Positions 47,151 through 59,809 of a stretch of 64,000 nucleotides of DNA are shown one piece after another (position 1 is the first letter of the stretch; the number at the start of each line of letters is the position of its first letter). The notes under the pieces are model-generated. The model was not told the origin of the DNA. It made no database searches and saw only the letters and a list, made by a program, of their open reading frames with translations. The stretch is from Macrostomum lignano (lineage: Eukaryota): the NCBI GenBank assembly GCA_002269645.1, contig NIVC01000630.1, forward strand, positions 372,001 through 436,000, given 5' to 3'. The position numbers and the translations under genes were made by a program.

Positions 47151-47538
47151 AAGAGGCGCGCGTGACTCGCCCTAAAGACTGGAAGAAGAGGCTATAGCTT
47201 AAAAAAGCCTTAAAGCCAGATAACCTGTTGAAGCAGACAAGCTGCTGCAAGCATTACTGCAAGGTGTCGTTATGAAACACAACGGAAAATCTAATTAGCG
47301 CTCGGGTCAATCCGTGTGTTTTTGTGTGTGTGTGTGTGAGAGTGTGCTGATCCAGTTTACTGTCTTTTAAGCTGCTTTAACTGCCAATTAGTAGCATAAT
47401 CTGCTCGCTCTCCTTCCCTTGAGGTCAACGTCGTTTATGATAATAGAAATGTACGTACCGAATGCCATGAAATGCATGTACCGACTGTCATGTTATGTAT
47501 GTACCGAATGCCATGAAATGCATGTGCGAAACACTCAC

Positions 47539-47698
47539 ATTGTTCCTGACGAAAGCGTTGTGCAGCTCCACGAAGCTGCATAGACCTGTGAGCTCGTCAT
47601 CTGAGTCGGCCAGCTCAGTGTACACCTGCTTCAGTTTGCCCGTCTCCAGGTAGCGCAGCTGACTCTGAAGCTCGCGCATCACGACATACTCTTCGTTG
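47539..47698 (-). CDS. C1orf87: C1orf87-like protein, exon 5 (EF-hand-like)
   Basis: NEEYVVMRELQSQL...LADSDDELTGLCSFVELHNAFVRNN resembles C1orf87 NEDAFLLALVRREL...LDPISSGFL. Acceptor CCCCTAG, donor AAT|GTGAGT. Confidence 0.83.
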
Positions 47699-47859
47699 CT
47701 AGGGGTGAATTTGTGAGAGTTCGAATTTTGATTTAATCCTAACATAGATATCCTAACATAATCCTAACATACTAACATCCCTAACATGGACCAGTCTGAA
47801 TTGTAGTTTCCAATTAAGGCAACCTCAAAACATCCCCATCTGACTGACATCCCTAACTG

Positions 47860-48580
47860 GTCCTGACATCCTCAACTGTCTGACATCCTCAACTGTCTGA
47901 CATCCTCAACTGTCTGACATCCTCAACTGTCTGACATCCTCAACTGTCTGACATCCTCAACTGTCTGACATCCTCAACTGTCTGATATCCTCAACTGTCT
48001 GACATCCTCAACTGTCTGACACCCTCAACTGTCTGACATCCCCAACTGTCTGACATCCTCAACTGTCTGACATCCTCAACTGTCTGACATCCTCAACTGT
48101 CTGACATCCTCAACTGTCTGACATCCTCAACTGTCTGACATCCTCAACTGTCTGACATCCTCAACTGTCTGACATCCTCAACTGTCTGACATCCTCAACT
48201 GTCTGACATCCTCAACTGTCTGACATCCTCAACTGTCTGACATCCTCAACTGTCTGATATCCTCAACTGTCTGACATCCTCAACTGTCTGACACCCTCAA
48301 CTGTCTGACATCCCCAACTGTCTGACATCATCAACTGTCTGACATCCTCAACTGTCTGACATCCTCAACTGTCTGACATCCTCAACTGTCTGACATCCTC
48401 AACTGTCTGACATCCTGAACTGTCTGACATCCTCAACTATCTGACATCCTGAACTGTCTGACATCCTCAACTATCTGACATCCTCAACTGTCTGACATCC
48501 TCAACTGTCTGACATCCTCAACTGTCTGACATCCTCAACTGTCTGACATCCTCAACTGTCTGACATCCCCAACTGACACC
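47860..48580. repeat. 17-bp minisatellite (ctgacatcctcaactgt), ~42 copies, filling an intron
   Basis: Direct periodicity. Confidence 0.97.
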
Positions 48581-48600
48581 CTCAAAAATGTCAGCCTCAC

Positions 48601-48806
48601 CTGCCCAGCACAAGTGGCGCACTCGTCAGTCGGCCCGCGTACGGAGGCAGCCTACCGTACAGCCCATTGAGCAGTTGGGCCGTTTCCATGGCAACTCCGC
48701 TAGCTCGGGGTGAGCTGCCGATAGGCGGCAGAGACTGATAGGGGTTGAGTCTCTCGCTCAGAGGAGCCGAAGCGTCGCCGCTTGAGAACTGCTCAGCATC
48801 TCGCTC
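48601..48806 (-). CDS. C1orf87: C1orf87-like protein, exon 4
   Basis: Acceptor TTCGCACAG (phase 0), donor AG|GTGAGG (phase 2), open frame ERDAEQ...PLVLG. Confidence 0.72.
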
Positions 48807-49529
48807 CTGTGCGAATGTGAGATGAGGCGAAAGGCTCATTCATGCTGGGAATCTCAGACAATGCCCCGTAATCTGTTCCTGGCATTTATAAGCTTTCGTG
48901 AGAGATTATCAATAAGAGCTACAGGTTGCATAGAACTTCACTGCACGCTTATTTAATAAATTATAATTCTTTTTTAAGCAGTCTCTTGCCTAAGATTATC
49001 TATGGGATTTTTTACTGAATCAAACTTTGAGTTGAGTTTTGGAAAAAATTTTTGAAAAAAATGTTTCGAAACCCGAGATCTGCTACCTGGTAAAAACCAT
49101 TACAGAAAAATTATTTTGATGTAACGTTCCATATTTTACCAAGACGAAATATCCACAGTTTTATATTTTAGAATGCGAAACGATTCTTTTGCGATTGGAT
49201 ATTGAAGGATATCAAAGAGCAACTAAAATGTTTTGATTTGAAAAGCTTCCATTCCAAGGACAAAAAACCGCTGAATCCGTTGAAAGCAGAAATTCTGGCA
49301 TTTCAAGATCAGCAAATTTTGCTACAATTTCCGCGAAAGATATCTATTTATTCGCAACTCTCTGAAGCAGCTGTTGAATTTCAAGCTCCGCCTCGCCTTC
49401 CCTGAACTACTCAAGATTTGCCATGCCGACAACTCTGGTCTTCATCATTCTGATTGCAGCTGCTGGGACACTGCTGGGGCTGCTTGAGGCTGCCCCGTAA
49501 GTACTTTATGGCAATACCTGCTCTTGTGT

Positions 49530-49698
49530 GCTTGTGTGTGTCTGTCTGTCTGTCTGTGTGTGTGTCTGTCTGTCTGTCTGTCTGTGTGTGTGTGTGTGTG
49601 TCTGTCTGTCTGTCTGTGTGTGTGTCTGTCTGTCTGTCTGTGTGTGTGTCTGTCTGTCTGTCTGTCTGTGTGTGTGTCTGTCTGTCTGTCTGTCTGTG

Positions 49699-49737
<39 letters not shown>

Positions 49738-49902
49738 GTGTGTGTCTGTCTGTCTGTCTGTGTGTGTGTCTGTCTGTCTGTCTGTGTGTGTGTCTGTCTG
49801 TCTGTCTGTGTGTGTGTCTGTCTATCTGTCTGTCTGTCTGTCTGTGTGTGTGTCTGTCTGTCTGTCTGTCTGTGTGTGTGTCTGTCTGTCTGTCTGTCTG
49901 TG

Positions 49903-49945
<43 letters not shown>

Positions 49946-50036
49946 GTGTGTGTCTGTCTGTCTGTCTGTGTGTGTGTCTGTCTGTCTGTCTGTGTGTGTG
50001 TCTGTCTATCTGTCTGTCTGTCTGTCTGTGTGTGTG

Positions 50037-50091
<55 letters not shown>

Positions 50092-50222
50092 GTGTGTGTC
50101 TGTCTATCTGTCTGTCTGTCTGTCTGTGTGTGTGTGTGTCTGTCTGTCTGTCTGTGTGTGTGTCTGTCTGTCTGTCTGTGTGTGTGTCTGTCTATCTGTC
50201 TGTCTGTCTGTCTGTGTGTGTG

Positions 50223-50269
<47 letters not shown>

Positions 50270-50312
50270 GTGTGTGTCTGTCTATCTGTCTGTCTGTCTG
50301 TCTGTGTGTGTG

Positions 50313-50369
<57 letters not shown>
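49530..50369. repeat. Compound (TCTG)n/(TG)n microsatellite
   Basis: Direct. It explains the CLSV and TDRQ ORFs. Confidence 0.98.
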
Positions 50370-50744
50370 GAGGAAAATACAAGTACAGAAAAACAACCTT
50401 AAAATAGGGAGATCCTTTGAGATTCATTGCTTTTAAAAAATAGTTTCTTCTTAACTATGTAGAGCAAAATTGGAAAACTGAGAAACCTAATTTATAAACA
50501 AGAAATACCAAAATACGATAGCAAGTTTAACAATAAAACAAACGCCTCTCACCATTGGCAGTGGAATGGTCCCGAACCGGCTTGACAAATAAAGATTCTG
50601 TACTGGGAAATTGAAAAATCTGCCTTTTCTATACTCCTGCGAGTAGGCTGGATGACCTTGATAGGACATCGTGCACTTTCTTTTGTTTTATTTACTAGAT
50701 TAAAGCTAATTACCTAATTACCTGTAGCCTAATATTGGAATTAC

Positions 50745-50883
50745 CGTTAAAGAATCGCCGCGCAATTTCAATTTCTCTCGTCGCCTGGCCTCTACAGCAT
50801 TGTTGCTATGAGGCGGCAGTGAGTCGAGGCGTTGAGTCCGGCTTCTGGGCGATAGCGGATGCGGACCTGGCAGGTCACGTCGG
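50745..50883 (-). CDS. C1orf87: C1orf87-like protein, exon 3
   Basis: Acceptor TTTTTATAG (phase 2), open frame RRDLPGPH...GDSLT, donor ACG|GTAATT. Confidence 0.7.
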
Positions 50884-51644
50884 CTATAAAAAAATTAATC
50901 AATAACACTATTATGTAAATACTTATCTATATTGAGACTCAATTCTATGCTTAATTCTGTTGCGTTACTAAGGAAACGTAACGTAAGGAAATCTCTCTCT
51001 CCCTTCTCTTATTAAACCCTCCCCCCATTTTATATTCTCATCTCGCTCCGATCTCTCCACCTCCAAGAGCTCTAATTGGCTACCATGAGACCGAAGCAGT
51101 CAAAAGGCAAAAAAGCAGAGAAGCAGTGGAAAAAAATTCAAAGCAGAAAAGCAATTAGGTATAGAAGCGAGAATTCATCAGCGAAGACAGGAGGTCTCAA
51201 ACTTGAGAGAGCGAGAGAAAGAGAGAGATATCACACAGCCTCTCCCCCCACCAGCAAAAGCAAACAGAAAAGCCAAAAGAGCCTCCCACCATTTTTCAAA
51301 GCATTCAGTATTGGCTGGCATGACCCAAGAGCGAGGTGCATCGTGTGCAGCATTTTAGAGCGGTGTAGAAGCCCCCGCGGGTTACAGAATGTCACGATTG
51401 TGTAGGGTAAAGTGATGGTTTAAATGGCACTCTTCATTATCAGTTGACAGCTCCCAAGTTCTTTAGCGCGTCAGTAGCTGTCATAGCAGGCTTAGTATAT
51501 TGTGTCAACAGAAATGCGATATGAACACTGAATTTGCTGAGCTGTAGTGATCATTTCTATTTTTTAAGATCGAAAAATTCACAAAGTAGCTGAAAATATT
51601 ATATCACATGCATGTCAAGGGACTCTACGGTCTTGCCTGTGGCG

Positions 51645-52400
51645 CTAGAATAGGCGCTAAAATCTCGGGTGTGGCGCTCAATTGGCGCTAAAGTCCAAGG
51701 TGTGGCGCTGAATTGGCGCTAAAATCTCAGGTGTGGAGCTGAATTGGCGCTAAAATCTCAGGTGTGGCGCTGAATTGGCGCTGAAATCCAAGGTGTGGCG
51801 CTAAATTGGCGCTAAAATCTCAGATGTGGCACTGAATTGGCGCTAAAATCTCAGGTGTGGAGCTGAATTGGCGCTAAATTCTCAGGAGCTGAATTGGCGC
51901 TAAAATTTCTGGTGTGGAGCTGAATTGGCGCTGAAATCCAAGGTGTGGCGCTAAATTGGCGCTAAAATCCCAGATGTGGCGCTGAATTAGCGCTAAAATC
52001 CCAGATGTGGCACTGTATTGGCGCTAAAATCTCAGATGTGGCGCTAAATTGGCGCCAAAATCTCGGGTGTGGCGCTAAATTGGCGCTAAAGTCCAAGGTG
52101 TGGCGCTGAATTGGCGCTAAAATCTCAGGTGTGGAGCTGAATTGGCGCTAAATTCTCAGGTGTGGAGCTGAATTGGCGCTAAAATTTCTGGTGTGGAGCT
52201 AAATTGGCGCTAAAATCCCAGATGTGGCGCTGAATTAGCGCTAAAATCCCAGATGTGGCGCTGTATTGGCGCTAAAATCTCAGATGTGGCGCTAAATTGG
52301 CGCCAAAATTTCAGGTGTGGCGCTGAATTGGTGCTAAAATCTCAGATGTAGCGCTAAATAGGCGCTAAAATCTCTGGTGTGGCGTTTAATTGGCGCTGTT
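51645..52400. repeat. 31-bp minisatellite (ggcgctaaaatctcaggtgtggcgctgaatt)
   Basis: Direct periodicity. Confidence 0.95.
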
Positions 52401-52687
52401 TTTGCAACTTGGAACTGGCACTCGTGCCTAAAAGATGGGTAAAAGCAAAAACAGATTTCTAACTATGCACACTACTCTACTGTTAGTAGAGCACCTAGAT
52501 AGAGGCTATGATATTGCAGAAGAAAACCCAAAAAATATGAGTGTGCTAATTTATTCTAACATACATTTTTACATGAATATGATTTTTCAAACTCGATTGT
52601 GACCCTTCAGCTGATCAATTTTTATGTTTGCTATCGTTACAACCGTTGACCAAGCATTGCAAATAAATTTGCATGATGTAAAGTATA

Positions 52688-52755
52688 TGGCCACACGTGA
52701 GGAATCGAACCCGTGACCTTTACTGGCACAGGAACAGAAACGACTAGTCAGCTTA
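52688..52755 (-). mobile_element. tRNA-like SINE head fragment
   Basis: Minus strand ...AAGGTCACGGGTTCGATTCCTCAC (B box). No cloverleaf or body was recognised. Confidence 0.35.
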
Positions 52756-53334
52756 GGATGAGGTTCTGTTCTGAGATAAAGCTGAAAGGTAGAGAGGGGA
52801 GAGGTGGAGGGGAGAGGGTGGAGAGGGGTTGGAAGGAGAGAGAGGGGTTAGTAAGGGGAGAGGAAGGGAGGTGAAGATGGGGAAGGGAGAGAGAAAGGGG
52901 TAGAAAGGAGAGGGAGAGAGGGAGAGAGGTAGAGAGAGAAAGAGAGGAAGAGAGAGAAGGAGAGAAAGAGGGGGAGAGAGGTAAAGGGGGAAGAGGGAGA
53001 GAGAGAGAGAGGGAGGGAGAGATCTCAGGGAGATCAGATCTCAGAAAGTATCTCCCTCTCTCCCTTTCTTCCTCTCTCCTTCTCCTTTCTACCCCTAGAG
53101 ATGTAAGGGGAAAAGGAGAGGTAATGGGAGAGAGGGGGTCCCTGTCACTGAGTCCCTTATCACAGCAAAGAGTGCAAGGTGTGTACTTGTAGGAGTATAT
53201 CAACGAGCGAAATGAATCGTAAAGTATTTTCTACGCTGTGAAAGTGAAATTTAGGGCAATAACCACCAATCTAGTGCATCCCCTTCGGAGTGGCGAATAA
53301 GCAAGGGACGAAGATTCTTTATGTGAATCCTATT

Positions 53335-53870
53335 TGTCTTGACATCTTAGCAATCCCCCGTAAGCCTTGACATCTCATCAATTACCCCTGAAGCCTTTAA
53401 CTCGCAGCAACCCTCCCTCAATACATCTCAGCAACAATTCCCCCTCAAGACTTGACATCTCAGCAATTCCCCCTCAAGCATTGACATCTCAGCAATTCCC
53501 CCTCAAGCCTTAACATCTCAGCAATTCCCCCTCAAGCCTTGACATCTCAGCAATTCCCCCTCAAGACTTGACATCTCAGCGATTTCCCCTCAAGCCTTGA
53601 CATCTCAGCGATTTCCCCTCAAGCCTTGACATCTCAGCGATTTCCCCTCAAGCCTTGACATCTCAGCGATCCCCCCTCAAGCCTTGACATCTCAGCAATC
53701 CCCCCTCAAGCCGTGACATCTCAGCGATTCCCCCTCAAGCCTTGACATCTCAGCAATCCCCCCTCAAGCCTTGACATCTCAGCGATTCCCCCTCAAGCCG
53801 TGACATCTCAGCAATTCCCCCTCAAGCCGTGACATCTCAGCAATTCTCCCTCAAGCCTTGACATCTCAGC
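53335..53870. repeat. 29-bp minisatellite (aagccttgacatctcagcaattccccctc)
   Basis: Direct periodicity. Confidence 0.95.
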
Positions 53871-53990
53871 TAGAGTTGAGCCAGACCGACGTTGTATCCT
53901 TTTTAGATTAGGGCCTATTGCTAAGCCTAAAGCTTGCACTGTTGACACCCTGCCATTTAGCCACTTGAGCTTGAGCAAAAACGTGCTCAC

Positions 53991-54142
53991 CTTGTTCTGT
54001 AGGCCGGATCCTCCTCCCTGACGTGAATAAGTCGTCCGCCGACAATTTTCGGTCGAATTACTGGCGAATAAAAGTTCCCATAGGGCGACTCTTTGTGCAG
54101 CAGATTGGCGTCCTGAATGTGCTTCCGTCGTGCCAGGGAACC
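53991..54142 (-). CDS. C1orf87: C1orf87-like protein, exon 2
   Basis: GSLARRK...PVIRPKIVGGRLIHVREEDP resembles the C1orf87 N-terminal PEIMVKIIGSKHF. Acceptor CTCTGCAG, donor AG|GTGAGC. Confidence 0.75.
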
Positions 54143-54320
54143 CTGCAGAGGTTTTTAAATTTATATAATGGTATTCCACAAAAATTTAGCACTTTTAAAA
54201 AAGCAACAGAAAAGTAACTGTAACTTTAACTGTGTAAAAGTGTAATCTCCCTGTATTGGGTGTACACAGAAATATATAAAAATGGAAGAAAATGCCTTTG
54301 AAGATTAAATAAAAAACTAC

Positions 54321-54329
54321 CGTCACCAT
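54321..54329 (-). CDS. C1orf87: C1orf87-like protein, putative start exon (MVT)
   Basis: AAAATG GTG ACG|GTAGTT joins exon 2 in phase 0. The donor is weak and an alternative start exon is possible. Confidence 0.4.
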
Positions 54330-55640
54330 TTTAATAAAGCGTATACGATCGTATAAGTAAATTGACTTAAGGGTTAACCCAACCAACAACTAGACTCAGC
54401 AAAACTCACTACGACTTCACACGTTTGCAACCTTCAGGTCACAAATTAGAATGTCAAAATTATTGCCCCATAGCTCTTAACGAATCAATGTGATATTCTA
54501 TACGATTTTAATCTTACCGCATCAGTCATTTTCGGATTATGAGTAGCTACTACTCGTACGAACGCTCGATTTTAATACTTTATGTGAATTTTCCCAACAA
54601 TTGTTAAAATAGCTGGGATTAAAAAGCACAATGCCAAAGCTAAGTTAAAATGTACAATTGTTATGCATCCTGGAAACTGTGAAAGAAACGTGAATTTAAC
54701 GTTTTTAAATAGCTGTGTTATATTCAGCCCATAAAATTTAACTAATGCTTAAGTTCCCAATAAATACTTTTATTAAAAGTTTCTTTTGTTTATTTAGATC
54801 TATTTCGAACATAATTCAATCGGATTTCTGCACAGTACCAAACGTTAGGTAAAAATCAAAAGCATTGAATAAATTGTGCAGACTTTTCACCGCTAAATGT
54901 TTATTTTAAATATTTCAGCCATCTACCACTTCATTTATTTTGCTTTTTTTGTTTTATTTAGTCACGCTTCGTCCTGATATTTTAACTTGATCATTCGGAA
55001 TGATATTTTCTGTGTCATATTTCTGGGTGATGTTTTTGCAGAAATGGTATAGAACGCTTAGATTTTCGACAAATATGTTAAACAGTTTAAAATATTGAAT
55101 GATAGAACCTTCAACCTTGTTTTGATTTCGAATCTATCTATGTTGTTGATATCTTTAGTACTTTACATTTTAACTTTCAAACTTATTTCGTCAACATTAT
55201 TCCAACTTGCAATTTTTAGGCAAGACACTGATTTTTAGGCAATTCTAGAACTCAAGAATGTTGCTAACGCCTAAATAGATGCTTGATGGACATTTTTACT
55301 TACATGTGGGATGTTAAGTGTTGTATTGGAAAAATATTTCTTTATCTAATAAAAAGTTGTTTATACAATTTAATTTTAAATCCAAAACTTAAGTTATCTA
55401 GTCAATCATTTATATCATGGAACTTTTTTCTTTCCAAAATTTGAAAAATTGGAAAAATTGTACTAAGTGGAGAGTTTTAAGTTCACTGAATGCGTGCATT
55501 ATTTAACCGTTATTATTATTTATTAAGCCTTTTTATTCAAGCAAACTTTCTAATTAAAATGAATTTAATGCATTTCAGGTTAAAAAATCACTTTTTAAAA
55601 TATACTTTTCATGATTGAATTCTGTGCTGTTTACTAGCCA

Positions 55641-55698
55641 ATGGCAAGCTATGATGAGGAAGACCAATTGAAGCCGCTCCTACAAATTCATGGAAGAG
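55641..55698 (+). CDS. SLC15A4: SLC15A4-like POT/PTR peptide-histidine transporter, exon 1
   Basis: MASYDEEDQLKPLLQIHGR (acidic/dileucine-like sorting motif). Donor G|GTGAAT, phase 1, matching the next exon. Confidence 0.7.
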
Positions 55699-55792
55699 GT
55701 GAATTTTATATTTCTAATATTTCAGTACTTTCTCGATATTTTCTAGTAAATGTCCACTTTATTTTAAAATAAAAAAAATGATTTCCTTCAAG

Positions 55793-56130
55793 ATGGCCAG
55801 CAAGTGCAAACGCCAAGAGCCTCTCGCATTGCTGTTGTCTGCATTCTGTTCTGCGAATTATGCGAACGGCTCACTTATTATTCGATCATAGCTAATCTGC
55901 TCATTTTCCTACAAAATCATTTGGGCTTCGATTCGAACTCGGCACTAACTGGGACTCTGGTATTCTCGGGCACAGTGTACTTTACTCCGATGTTTGGAGG
56001 CTGGCTGGCCGACTCTGTGATCGGTCGGTACAACACTTTGTACTTGTCTGGCCTCATTTATGCCGTTGGCTGCGCACTGCTGCCTACTGTAGCCTTTGAC
56101 TATGAGCAGCTCGGGGTGCAGCTTGATCAG
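55793..56130 (+). CDS. SLC15A4: SLC15A4-like transporter, exon 2
   Basis: ExxER motif CELCERLTYY and FGGWLADSVIGRYNT. Donor CAG|GTATTG. Confidence 0.92.
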
Positions 56131-56214
56131 GTATTGATCCCCGATTTCAATGGGCGGGGGACGGGATAGTTTAATATCGGTGAGACAGAGATGTTTGCAT
56201 TGGAATTAAGCTTT

Positions 56215-57275
56215 AATCTAGGTGCAGTTTACCTAATTGAGGTGCAATCACCCTTTAAATTTACCTAATTAAGGTGCAATCGCACTTTAAATTTACCTAA
56301 TTGAGGTGCAATCGCCCTTTAAATTTATTTAATTAAGGTGCAATCGCCCTTTAAATTTACCTAATTGGGGTGCAATCGCCCTTTAAATTTACCTAATTGG
56401 GGTGCAATCGCCCTTCCAATTTACCTAATTGAGGTGCAATCAATCACCCTTTAAATTTACCTAATTGAGGTGCAATCACCCTTTAAATTTACCTAATTGA
56501 GGTGCAATCGCCCTTTAAATTTACCTAATTGGGGTGCAATCGCCCTTTAAATTTACCTAATTGAGGTGCAATCGCCCTTTAAATTTATTTAATTAAGATG
56601 CCATCACCCTTTGAATTTACCTAATTAAGATGCAATCGCCCTTTAAATTGACTTAATTGGGGTGCAATCGCCCTTCCAATTTACCTAATTGAGGTGCAAT
56701 CACCCTTTAAATTTACCTAATTGAGGTGCAATCACCCTTTAAATTTACCTAATTGAGGTGCAATCACCCTTTAAATTTACTTAGTTAAGATGCAATCACC
56801 CTTTGAATTTACCTAATTAAGGTGCAATCGCCCTTTAAATTTACCTAATTGGGGTGCAATCACCCTTTAAATTTACCTAATTGAGGTGCAATCACCCTTT
56901 AAATTTACTTAGTTAAGATGCAATCACCCTTTGAATTTACCTAATTAAGGTGCAATCGCCCTTTAAATTTACCTAATTGGGGTGGAATCACCCTTCCAAT
57001 TTACCTAATTGAGGTGCAATCACCCTTTAAATTTACCTAATTGAGGTGCAATCACCCTTTAAATTTACCTAATTGAGGTGCAATCACCCTTTAAATTTAC
57101 TTAGTTAAGATGCAATCACCCTTTGAATTTACCTAATTAAGGTGCAATCGCCCTTTAAATTTACCTAATTGGGGTGCAATCGCCCTTTAAATTTACCTAA
57201 TTGGGGTGCAATCGCCCTTTAAATTTACCTAATTGGGGTGCAATCGCCCTTCTAATTTACCTAATTTTTGTGTAA
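56215..57275. repeat. 32-bp minisatellite (tttacctaattgaggtgcaatcaccctttaaa) in an intron
   Basis: Direct periodicity. Confidence 0.96.
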
Positions 57276-57484
57276 TTACCTATCACATTTACCCAATTAC
57301 CCATTACCTTATTTGCGTTTAATCACCATAAAAAATTTACTTCACTGAACCAGTTAGAAGCTAACTTATATTTATCTAGCTATAAAATTTACACTATTAT
57401 AGGTGTGATCAGGCGATCTCCAGCGCCTAATCCGAGTCTAATAATCCTGACAATTAATTTGACAACTCAACCAAAAATCCTCAG

Positions 57485-57580
57485 ACAGCAGCTCGCGCTT
57501 TCTACATCACCGGCTTGGTGCTCATAGCCTGCGGCACAGGCGGCATTAAATCCAATGTCAGCACGTTTGGCGCCTTTCAG
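57485..57580 (+). CDS. SLC15A4: SLC15A4-like transporter, exon 3
   Basis: PTR2 signature GLVLIACGTGGIKSNVSTFGAFQ. CTCAG acceptor, GTAAGA donor. Confidence 0.92.
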
Positions 57581-57629
57581 GTAAGAAAAATGAAGACAAG
57601 ATTATTTGCAAAATTAAAATTACAAATTA

Positions 57630-59320
57630 TCCTTTTGGCGCCACCTGACTCCCATTTTGGCGCCGCCTGACTCACCCATTTTGACACTATGCACCTGACT
57701 CACTAATTTTGGCACCATCTGACTCACCCATTTTGGCGCCACTTGACCCACCCATTTTGGCGCTACCTGACTCACCTATTTTGGCACCACCTGACCCACC
57801 CATTTTGGCGCTACCTGACTCACCAATTTTGGCGCCATCTGACTCACCCATTTTGGCGCCGCCTGACTCACCCATTTTGGCGCCACCTGACTCACCCATT
57901 TTGGCGCCACCTGACTCACCCATTTTGACACTATGCACCTGACTCACTAATTTTGGCACCATCTGACTCACCCATTTTGGCGCCACCTGACTCACCCATT
58001 TTGGCGCCACCTGACTCACCCATTTTGGCACCACCTGACTCACCTATTTTGGCGCTACCTGACTCACCCATTTTGACACTATGCACCTGACTCACTAATT
58101 TTGGCACCATCTGACTCACCCATTTTGGCGCCACCTGACTCACTAATTTTGGCACCATCTGACTCACCCATTTTGGCGCCACCTGACTCACCCATTTTGG
58201 CGCCACCCGACTCCTAGTTTGGCGCCACCTGACTCCCATTTTGACGCCGCCTGACTCACCCATTTTGACGCCACCCGACTCACCCATTTTGGCGCCACCT
58301 GACTCACCCATTTTGGCACCACCTGACTCACCTATTTTGGCGCCACCTGACTCACCCATTTTGACACTATGCACCTGACTCACTAATTTTGGCGCCACCT
58401 GACTCACCCATTTTGACACTATGCACCTGACTCACTAATTTTGGCACCATCTGACTCACCCATTTTGGCGCCACCTGACTCACCCATTTTGGCGCCACCT
58501 GACTCACCCATTTTGGCGCCACCCGACTCCTATTTTGGCGCCGCCTGACTCACCCATTTTGACGCCGCCCGACTCACCCATTTTGGCGCCACCTGACTCA
58601 CCCATTTTGGCACCACCTGACTCACCTATTTTGGCGCCACCTGACTCACCCATTTTGACACTATGCACCTGACTCACTAATTTTGGCACCATCTGACTCA
58701 CCCATTTTGGCGCCGCCTGACTCACCCATTTTGGCGCCACCTGACTCACCCATTTTGACACTATGCACCTGACTCACTAATTTTGGCACCATCTGACTCA
58801 CCTATTTTGGCGCCGCCGGACTCACCCATTTTGGCGCTACCTGACTCACCCATTTTGACGCCACCTGACTCACCCATTTTGACGCCACCTGACTCACCCA
58901 TTTTGACACTATGCACCTGACTCACTAATTTTGGCACCATCTGACTCACCCATTTTGGCGCCGCCTGACTCACCCATTTTGGCGCTACCTGACTCACCCA
59001 TTTTGACACTATGCACCTGACTCACTAATTTTGGCACCATCTGACTCACCCATTTTGGCGCCACCTGACTCACCCATTTTGGCGCCATCTGACTCACCCA
59101 TTTTGGCGCTACCTGACTCACCCATTTTGACACTATGCACCTGACTCACTAATTTTGGCACCATCTGACTCACCCATTTTGGCACCATCTGACTCACCCA
59201 TTTTGGCGCCATCTGACTCATTAATTTTGACGCCCTCTAAGTCGCTCATTTTGGCGCCACCTGACTCACCAACTTTGGCGCCATCTGACTCTTATTCTGG
59301 CACCGTCTGACTCACCATTA
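57630..59320. repeat. 24-bp minisatellite (ctgactcacccattttggcgccac) with higher-order variants, in an intron
   Basis: Direct periodicity, ~70 units. Confidence 0.96.
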
Positions 59321-59332
59321 CCTCTCAATCAG

Positions 59333-59758
59333 GTTGCAGACTTGGGCCAACGCGAAATTCAACGCTTCTTCACCTGGTTCTACTGGTTCATCAACATTGG
59401 CTCGGGTTTAGCCTTCGCCTTTGTTGCCTACATTCAGCAGGAGGTCAGCTTCTTTGCCGGCTACCTGATACCGGCTGTTTCTATTCTATTGGCAATCAGT
59501 TTGCTCCTGTTGCCAAGGCCATGTATGACTCACGAGGCCAAGCCGTCGGGTTCCCCGTTGGGCCAACTGTTCAAGGTGATGGGTAACGCCATCTCCAGCC
59601 AGTCAAACAGTATCTACTCCCTGCCGTCTTGGCTAGACTATGCTCAGATTTCTAATGGCGGTCGCTATCCGGAGGACTTGGTTCGTGGTACCAAACAGGT
59701 GCTGATACTGATACCGCTGATGCTGCCTTTCATTGGGTTCTGGTGCATCTATAACCAG
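59333..59758 (+). CDS. SLC15A4: SLC15A4-like transporter, exon 4
   Basis: FFTWFYWFINIGS...QQEVSFFAGYLIP...PSGSPL...FWCIYNQ. Donor CAG|GTAGGT. Confidence 0.93.
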
Positions 59759-59809
59759 GTAGGTCGCTTTTTTTAACTGTGTACAAATCTGTACCCTTGT
59801 GCCTAGACA

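Noticed and set aside
49400-49520. GC-rich stretch as an extra C1orf87-like exon
   Set aside because: All three frames after the apparent acceptor hit stops. Exons 3 and 4 already join in phase without it.
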